This document shows, piece after piece, positions 23,221-33,600 of a stretch of 64,000 nt of DNA. The stretch comes from Eledone cirrhosa (Eukaryota). The stretch is taken from contig OZ024747.1 in assembly GCA_964016885.1 (NCBI GenBank), positions 124,001-188,000 of the forward strand, written 5' to 3'. Numbering within the stretch: the first letter of the stretch is position 1; each line of letters begins with the position of its first letter. A program made the translations under genes and the position numbers. The notes beneath the pieces were generated by a model. It worked only from the letters and a program-made list of their open reading frames with translations, was not told the origin of the DNA and made no database searches.

Positions 23221-26200
23221 GTACATCCCTGCTTATCGTAAGAAGTGACTAAAAGGATTGGTATCAGGAAGTGTATCCTGTCTAACCCTTGTCAGCATGG
23301 AAATATGAAGGCAAAAAATATATATAGTAAGGTCAAAAATGAAAAAAGTTTACAAAAAGTAACAGGTTGATACTTGTATGAACTGAAAAAAAGAAGTGTT
23401 TGCATTGTTTCAGACATTAGTCTTTCATCAGGAAAGAGAAGAGGTTGAAAGCGGAAAAAGAAAACGCGAAATGTTTTATTTGGAGTGGTGAAGTGGACAG
23501 GAGTATAGAGGTGTATGTAATGCTTCAACTCTCCCGGTCTATCAGTAGCATTAGTATGCTTGTGCAATTGAGATGCATTGTGTGTGTGCATGTGCATCCT
23601 TTCTTACAATAAATATATATATATATATATATATATATGAGTTGGTGTCAGGAGGGGTATAACACCTCAAAATGTCCTGTCCAACCCATGCTGGCATGGA
23701 AAAGTCAGTGTAAAACAGGATAATGATGATATATCTTACAACATAATTCCTATGTTATTATCTTTTCAGGATCAACAAGCCCATCTCAAGGCAATGACAT
23801 TTAAGCAGTTAGTGGTATCAGGACGTGATGTAAGCAATAACATACACTGCATTTATCTTTCTTATGTATCAAATGTTTAGAGTAGATTTTTTATGATTTC
23901 ATCTTTACCATTTCGATCCCTGCCGTTGGTTTACATTAGGTTTTCCACACAGGTGTTAAAGGGTTGACTAGATAAGATAAAGTTTAGAACTTTCTAATCA
24001 TATATTATTAGTTCTGCTCCACAACAGACTATATCATTCTTTTTCTCGGACATCTATAGGGTCCTTATTGTGGTGTAGTTTCACACTGTAGGGTCCTTAT
24101 TGTGGTGTAGTTTCACACTGTAGGGTCCTTATTGTGGTGTAGTGTAACACTGTAGGGTCCTTATTGTGGTGTAGTTTCACACTATAGGGTGCTCTTGTGA
24201 TGTGGTGTAACACTGTAGGGTCCTTATTTAATATGCAAATAATAAAATGTTGAAAATCTCTGGCATTGAAGTTTTGTGTGCTGGCTGACCCTATAAACTA
24301 TTGAATACAATGCCTGTAAGAGAGGTCGAGACTCACACTCTGACAGCCCTATATCAATTCTCAACACAGTCACAGCCCCTCACCAGCTCACAGCCCCTCA
24401 CCAGCTCTCAACACACTCATATCCCCTCACCAGCTCTCAACCCTCTCACAGCCCCTCACCAGCTCTCAACCCTCTCACAGCCCCTCACCATCTCTCAACC
24501 CGCTCGCAGCCCCTCACCATCTCTCAACCCGCTCGCAGCCCCTCACCATCTCTCAACCCGCTCACAGCCCCTCACTAGCTCTCAACACACTCATATCCCC
24601 TAACCCTCTCGCAGCCCCTCATCAGCTCTCAACCCTCTCACAGCCCCTTACCAGCTCTCAACCTGCTCGCAGCCCCTCACCATCTCTCAACCCTCTCACA
24701 GCCCCTCACCATCTCTCAACCCTCTCACAGCCCCTCACCATCTCTCAACACACAGCCCCTCACCATCTCTCAACACACTCACAGCCCCTCACCATCTCTC
24801 AACCCTCTCACAGCCCCTCACCATCTCTCAACCCTCTCAGCCTCTCACCATCTCTCAACCCTCTCAGCCTCTCACCATCTCTCAACCCTCTCACAGCCCC
24901 TCACCATCTCTCAACGCACTCACAGCTCCTCACCCTCTCACAGCCCCTCCCCATCTCTCAACACTCTCACAGCTCCTCACCATCTCTCAACCCTCTCACA
25001 GCCTCTCACAGCCCCATACCATCTCTCAACCCTCTCACAGCCCCATACCATCTCTCAACCCTCTCACAGCTCATACCAGCTCTCAACATACTCAGAACCC
25101 ATTATAAGTTCTCATTTCCTTTTTTGATTTCTTTCATGTAGATGTGTAATGCATTGATCACGAGTTTGATTGATCGCTACTTACACGACAATGCTACCAT
25201 TGATGTTGTGAGTAGTACCCTAAGGAAGATATGTCCACGTCTCTACAGTACCGATGATGAAACCTGTTCAAAGGTAAAGTTGCTTTGCTTTTCTTTGTTG
25301 TTGTTTGTTTGTTTAACACTTTCATTACCATCATCGTTTTAATATCAACTTTCCCTGCTAGCAAGGGTTGGATGGGGTCTACATAGACCTAGTCAGTACT
25401 GAAGTGGGGTTATTAATCTCCCAGAAAGGCCAGGGATTAGTGTCTCGCCTACATACAATCTCATGTTCAGTGCACATAGGAGATTGTCATATCTTTGACA
25501 CAACTGAAATATATGGTATTTAAATTAATGAAAAATTGGGAGGAATTCACTAAAATTATTTTTTTTAAAAATATTAAGATAGTATTTATAACAAAACGTT
25601 CTTATATCAAATTCTATTGGAACATTTAAATTTAAGTAAGAACCCTTTAAAATGGGTTGGGTGGTTTTATTTCATAGAACCTGAGGTGATTTTGCATGGG
25701 TTGATATCAAAAGGGTTAAATTCATGTCAATCCAGATTAAGAAAACATGCAATCATAGACAATCCATTTATGACCATCATCTTTTAAGAGTATCTTTAAC
25801 TACATTATCTAATGTGTCCTTCCTTGTGAGATTTTGTTGTTATTTCTAGAAAATCAAGTGACTATGTAGAGGTTCCTTACATATTCCTGCCATAACCACA
25901 GAGTTTATCTGTGGTTACATTATTCAATAGGAGCCATCGCTTTTTTTTAAATGGTAAAGGGAGATTTAGGTAAAAATATACATGAAAATATATTATCATG
26001 CAATTAATAATGGTTTCTGATTTAGGCACAAGGCCAAAAATTTTAGGGAGGGGCAAGTTACTGGGGTCGATTTGATTTCCCCCTCACCCAAATTTGTTGG
26101 CTTTGTGCCTAAATCAGAAACTATTATTTTTATTATTAATTGCAGGATGATGATAATAATACTGTATTTTCTAGGATATAAAAAGCATATTTTTACTCCC

Positions 26201-26946
26201 AAATGTTATTATTAACTGCATGATGGAGAGTGATGGAATCTCAGAGTTGTTAGAGCGTTGCTTCTCATGTCTTTTCCAGGGTCAATAAAATAAAGCACTA
26301 GCCAAGTACTGGGGTTGATTTAATCAGCTTTCCTCTCCCCTAAATTGCTGACCTTGTGCCTAAATTAGAACCCATTATTAACTGCATGTTGTGATTATTT
26401 ATAATTGTATGTGTTAGTTCAAATAAAAAAAATCATCTCTTTACAGGCTTTAGAGTTACTACAAGCTGCCAAAGTCAATCCTGATCAAATAAAGAAGAAA
26501 CAGCAACTAGAAGAGGCTTTAATGGTAAGTTGGTCATTTTTTTAATTCCTTTTTATATTTCAATAATTCACATCTAAAACCACTGTTTCAGGTAATGCTT
26601 CAAGTCTGTATTGGTTATTTTGTTTTATATGACATGTTCACCTTGACTCAACGGTTGAGCCAAGCTTATCTTGACTTAATGGCTGAGTCAGGATTATCTT
26701 GATGGCATAATAGCTGAGCCATGTTCTCCTTGACCTTGATTCAATTGTTGGGACATCTTGGCCTTAAGACAAACTGCCCAGGCATGTTTGTCTTGACGCA
26801 TTGGTTTAACTTTAATAGGTTCATCTTGACTTTGATCCAACTGTTGATACATGATCATCTTGACCCAATTGTGCTTGTTGCCATATTTTGACTTATTTGA
26901 AAAACTGTCGTTAGTTTAGGCCTCATGATGTGTGTGTGTGTGTGTG

Positions 26947-26980
<34 letters not shown>

Positions 26981-27627
26981 TGTATGTATGTATGTATGTC
27001 ATGTCAGGTCACCAGTTGGTGGTACTTGTAACATGTAACATGTACTTGTAACATGTATCCCAGTACAACCTGTCTCATTGTCGGGTCGTTGGCGACTAAA
27101 CTGGCAACCCCACCAAGGTTTCTTGGTGAGGAGGGTGACTTTGGACATCCTGCAGGACTAAAAACAAAACCTGTCAAAAGCAAAGGAGCTCTTAAGAGTG
27201 AATGGCCATCCAAAATCACCGGGAGAGATGACCCCTTAGCCTTTGTCAAGGCAGAATTCTAGGAGAAGGAAAACTCTGATATAACACCTGCAACTCTGAT
27301 GGTATCCAATGATGTTGACTTGTTCTTCTTTTTGGTAAATATCATCTTGGTTAAGAGAGTGGGACTGGCTTTGTGCAGTGCCTTTGCTCACTATAAAAGC
27401 TTCACGGCACATGCATTGCTTTATATCTGGAGATCTCTCTGCACTTGTCGTCACATGGTACCAAGGGTCCAGCACTATGTGTCAATAATTGTCACAGGTG
27501 TGGTGTTTGTACCAGAGTTTTCAAGTCGCTGGCTGGACTAAAAAGTCACACTCGTCCAGCGCATCGGTAGGGGTTCTCCTACATGGATATAAAGTAGTGG
27601 CGGTACTCGAAAACGAGTTGGCAGCCA

Positions 27628-27689
<62 letters not shown>

Positions 27690-30600
27690 ATACATACATG
27701 CATGCATGCATGCATGCATACATACATACATACATACATACATACATGCATGCATGCATGCATGCATGCATGCATGCATGCATGCATGCATGCATGCATA
27801 CATGCATACATACATACATACATACATACATACATACATACATACATACATACATACATACATACATACATACATACATACATACATACATACATACATA
27901 CATACATACATACATACATACATACATACATACATACATACATACATACATACATACATACATACATACATACATACATACATACATACATACATACATA
28001 CATACATAGAGAGAGAGATTAACTTGACCATTATGTCTCAGTACTGCAAACGTATCATCATCATCACCGTTTTACGTCCGTTCTTCCACGCTAGCATGGG
28101 TTAGAAGGGTTGTCCTGTTGTGAGCAGTGTCCAGTCGGCTGACCATGCCTTGCTCATACAGGAACTGATTTTGGCTTGATTTCTACAGCTGGATGCCCTT
28201 TCTAACACCAACCTCATTTACAGTGAATGATGGGTGCTTTTTACCGTGGCGCCTACACGTTCACTTTACAGTGTGGGCTGGGTGCTTTAAATGGTGTGGC
28301 ACCTCCACGACCACTTTGCAGTGGGGGGGGGGCATGTCGATATGCTTCAGCTTGTTCCTGGGGGGGGGGGGGGGGGATCTTCTGTATTACTGCGTGACGC
28401 CAGAGGTCACGGTCGTGTGTCATTGCCCTTGAGAGGTGCAATTGGGTAAGGTCGGCCTTTATCACCTCATCCCAGGTCTTGGGTCTCCCCACTCCGCAGC
28501 TTCCATCGACTTCTAGTGCTCTGCACCTTTTTATGCAGCTGTCATCCCTCATACACATCACATGTCCATACCAACGTAACCTCCTCTCCTGCACACACCA
28601 TTTGATTCCCCTTATGCTCAGTCTCTCTCTCAATTCGTTTATACTTTGCCGTTTGCATATATTACTATTACACATCCATTGGAGCATGTAAGCTTCGTTT
28701 CTTTCTAATCTGCACAAGTCTTCTACAGACAGCGCCCAGATTTCACTTCCATGTAACATTGCTGTTCATGTACACGCATCATACAGTCTGCCTTTACACA
28801 TACACACACATATGTACGTGTGTGAATGAATGTACACATTTGTAAACAACCAAGAAATAGCCAAAAAATAATCTCAAGTTCACAGATATTGTTTAACCTG
28901 TTCACTTGCTTACCAAATAAACATGTTTACTATTATGACATATTGGGTTTGTTCCTTCCATCTTTTTCACTTTCAAATGAGATACACAAATGTCTTTATT
29001 TGCAACATGAAGCTCTTCTCTCAACACAGACCTCTGATGTATCTCATGAATGTCACTTTGTAACTCTTCTTAGACTTAGCTCAACCTACCCCTAATATTG
29101 TCAAATATAGCGTATCTCATTTTGGTTCAACATATAGACATCAATCTGCCTCCTCCTTTTCCAAAGTATATAGATATATTATAAGTCTCTGTTGATCATC
29201 TTTATAGCTGTACAAATCAGTAAGCCAGCCCCTTCAGTTGTCAGCAGTGTGTAACCAGTTAAGCTCTGTACAATATTATGGAGGAATAGTTGATCTTTGT
29301 CTATGCATTGCACAAAAACGGGACCCCCAGAACTTTGCCCTGCATTTCCATAAAAATGGTGAACCACCAGAAGATAACCAGGGTAAACAAGCATATAAGG
29401 CGAGGTAAGTTTGTGATTTTTATTTCATTTTTATTATCTTCATTTGTTTGGTGGATTTGTGTGCCACTATTTAAACAGGAATGCTGAGCCCATAGCCTGT
29501 AGCAGTCTTTCATGAAGTTGAAACATTCTTTCTCATCATTCCATATACATATCGTCATTATCTATTGTAAGTTTAACTAGTGTTCTATCATCAATCAAAG
29601 CAAACAACTCCTCTTTCTTTTACACTGTTAATGGGTAACCACCTGAAACTTTAAACTCTCATCATTCTCAGCTATTATCTGCTCAATATAAAGTGAAGGC
29701 TTCTCCAAGCCAGTGCTAATTGTTCCTATCGTATACTGCTCTCATCTATGAACTCTTCATAAATTTACTGATCTTTCTGTCTCATCCTATTTTTCTTGAC
29801 TATTTGACCCTGCCCACCCCCTATTCTGTAGATAACTTTGTCCATCTGTTATCATTTGTTCTTGCCACATACCTTGTTCACTTCCATTTTCACTTCTTCA
29901 TGTTTTATGATGTCTGGAGAGCCCTTCAGTTGTGTAAAGGGCATGTTAACCTCCCTAGTATTGGTGATCTACAAGATAAAAGCACCCAGTACACTCTATA
30001 AATAGGGCATGTTGTTATATTACTATTGCTTGTTGTTTTCAGAATGGACTGCTATAAACACATCACCGAGACATTGGTCTACTTGCTCTATGCTAGTGTG
30101 TCACACCCACAGTCCCCTAGCACACCAAAGTCACCTGGCAAGCCACTGGCCCCTGACCCAAATAGATTATCTCCATCAGAAGCTGAACTACAGGTAATGT
30201 TCTCCAATAAAACTTCAATGATATCTCTCTTATTCCACACACACACACACACATCATCTCTGCTCTTTTTCCTTCTTTCCCTCACTATCACCTTTCTCTT
30301 CTCCCCTTTATCTCACTATTCATTTACTCTAACTTTTATTGATCAGCTAATTTATCCATCTATTGGGTCAATTAACTGATTAATAAAAGTTAGAGTAAAT
30401 GGTTAATCAAACAATCGATTATTTGTCTAATTGTCAAAGTTCTTTCGTCACACCTACTGTGACCTTATCAATGACTTTTTACTCTCTGTGTGTCCTCCCA
30501 GCCTTAATTTGAATTCCATCTTAATCTATCCTTGATAATTAAGCAATTAACTGATTGATTAACCAACTGATGTATAGGTTAATTACCTGATTAATAATTA

Positions 30601-33600
30601 AAACTCAACCAATGTTTTTAATTGGTTGCATGACCATCCCAAAGTATGATAATAATAATAATAGTTATGTCAAAGACATGATAGCCTCCCTAGTGCTGGT
30701 GGTCTACACAATAAAAGTTCCCTGTAAAGTTCACACTGTAAAGTGGTTGGTATTAGGAAGGGTATCCAGCTGTAGAAAGCTTGCCAAACAAAGAACAACT
30801 TTTCTGCACTTGATATGACTATACATAAGTGGGTTACAGGCACCCTCAGCATATCTGAGATGTCAGTATCCCCGCTTCAGTACTGTCTTGGTTTGTGTAG
30901 ACCCTCCAATCCTTGTTAGCAGGGAGAATGGACATTAAATGATGTTAATGATTATATATATGCTTATAAAATATGCCACTCCGTCGGTTACGACGACGAG
31001 TGTTCTAGCTGATCCAATCAACGGAACAGCCTGCTCGTGAAATTAATTTGCAAATGGCTGAACATTCTAGATACATGTGTACTCTTAATGTAGTTCTCAG
31101 GGAGATTCAGCATGACACAGAATGTGACACAGCTGGCCCTTTGAATTACAGATAAAACCCATTTTTGTCAGCTGACTGGAGCAACGTGAAATAAAGTTTC
31201 TTGTTCAAGAACATGTGCTGCCTGGAATCGAACTCACGACCATATAATTGTGAACCGAACACCCTAACCACAAGGCCACATGCCTAATATATATCATCAT
31301 CATCACCATTTAACGTCTTATTTTCCATGCTTGCATGGGTCAGATGGGTTGTCCACACTATAGGCAAGTCTGGTCATTTGGCCATGCTGTACTTTGCTCA
31401 AACGGAACTGTATTGGGGGGGTTTACAGTTGGATGCCCTTCCTAACACCAACCATGCTTACAGTGTGGAACTTGGTGGTCCTGTTATGAGAGGGGCCTGG
31501 CCAATTGGTCGTGCCGTACCTTGCTCATAAGCAGATCTATATTTGGCTGCATTGAAGCTTGCACATGAATGAATATATCCTTTTTACATCCATTTTTTCC
31601 ATGCTTTTGAGTTTCAGAGTTTTGCTATATCATCATCATCATCATCATCACCGTTTTACGTCCGTTCTTCCACGCTAGCATGGGTTAGACGGGTTGTCCT
31701 GTTGTGGGCAGTGTCTGGTCGGCTGACCATGCCTTGCTCATACAGGAACTGATCTGGCTTGATTTCTACAGCTGGATGCCCTTCCTAACACCAACCTCAT
31801 TTACAGTGAGTGCTGGGTGCTTTTTCGTGGCGCCTACACGTCCACTTTACAGTGTGGGCTGGGTGCTTTTTTTGCCGTGGCACCTCCACGACCACCTTGC
31901 GGTGGGGGGGGGGGGGGGGGGGGGGGCATATTGTTTATATGCTTCAGCATGTACCCATGGGAGGTCGGGTACCCTGTATTACTGCGTGACGCCAGAAGTC
32001 ACGGTCGTGTGTCATTGACTTTGAGAGGTGTAGTTGGGTAAGGTCGGCTTTTATCACCTCATCTCAAGTCATCTTGGGTCTCCCCACTCCGCGGTTTCCA
32101 TCAACTTCTAGTGCTCTGCACCTTTTTATGCAGCTGTCATCCTTCATACGCATCACATGTCCATACCAGCGTAACCGCCTCTCCTGCACGCAGCATTTGA
32201 TTCCTCTTATGCTCAGTCTCTCTCTCAATTCATTTATGCTTTGTCGTTCACGTATATTACTGTTACACATCCATCGGAGCATGCAGGCTTCGTTTCTCTC
32301 TAATCTACGTAAGTCTTCCACCTTCAGCGCCCAGGTCTCACTACCATGCAACATCGCTGTTCGGATACACGCATCATACAGTCTGCCTTTCATTCTGAGG
32401 GAGAAGCCTTTTGCAGCTAGCAGTGGTAGTAGTTCCCTAAACTTCTTCCATCCCGTTCTTACCCTAGTTATTGTACTTTCTGAGCACCCACCTCCGTTGC
32501 TAATTCGGTCACCTAGGTAGCAGAAGCTGTCTACTGTTTCTACAGGGCCCTCCCAGAGATTGGTGGTACTTGTTTCCTGTGGCTGTTTGCTTGCTGTTTC
32601 AGCACAGCTGCTGCATGTGAATCCTACATTCTTAATTAAGCTTCCTGAGATCCCGCTACATCTCTTGTGTACCCATTGTTTGCATTTGGGGCAAAGAATG
32701 GAGTTCCTACCTACACCTTTCCTACATACTGAGCAAGGCCATTTCCCTGAGGGGATCTGGGTTCTGTTTTCTCGTCTACTTATAAGGACCTTAGTCTTTG
32801 TCATGTTGACTTTGAGGCCCTTTCTCTCTAGTCCCTGCTTCCAGGTTTGGAATTTATTCTCTAGTTCTACCATAGATTCAGCTATGAGTGCGAGGTCATC
32901 AGCATACAGGAGTTCCCATGGGCATCCGGTCTTAAACTCCTCCGTTATTGCCTGCAGGACTATGATGAACAGGAGAGGGCTAAGAACAGAGCCCTGGTGG
33001 ACCCCAACCTGTACGCTAAATTCCTCGCTATACTCATTGCCAATCCTAACTTTGCTGACTGCTCCCCTATACATGGCTTGTACCGCTTTCACAAGCCATT
33101 CATCTACTCCTAGTTTTCTAAGAGCCCACCAGATTACTGCACGTGGAACTCTGTCAAAGGCTTTCTCAAGGTCGACAAATGCCAAGTAGAGTGGCTTACT
33201 TTTAGCTAGGTACTTTTCCTGTAATTGCCTCACAAGGAAGAGCGCAATATATATATATATATTTCTTGCCTAAAACATAGGCAACATTAGCATATATAGT
33301 GTCTCTATGTCCTATGCTAGAGGAGACTTTGAAACCTTATGTAGCAAGCACCTGTGTTGAGAAATTATTTATAATATATATATCTATATATATAAAACTG
33401 TGGTTGTCTGTCTGTCTATCGATTTTTGGCACACATCTCCTCTTAGAATCTCTCACGGAATTGCACCGAAATTGATATACTTGTACATTGAGCCCTAGCG
33501 AAGACATCGGAAAAAAAAAAAATTTCAAATTGACCCACCCTATGTGACGAAATCGAATATAATGTATCGATTTTTGAGCGTAAGTGATCAGTTATTTCCC

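Noticed and set aside
24301-24603. Pro/Ser/Thr-rich mucin-like ORF
   Set aside because: Read-through of a 29-bp minisatellite whose unit is not a multiple of 3
27489-28104. [12 protein letters not shown] repeat ORFs
   Set aside because: Translations of (CATA)n and (CATG)n microsatellites
32074-33189. Plus-strand ORFs of 148 and 209 aa
   Set aside because: Antisense shadows of the RTE RT frame
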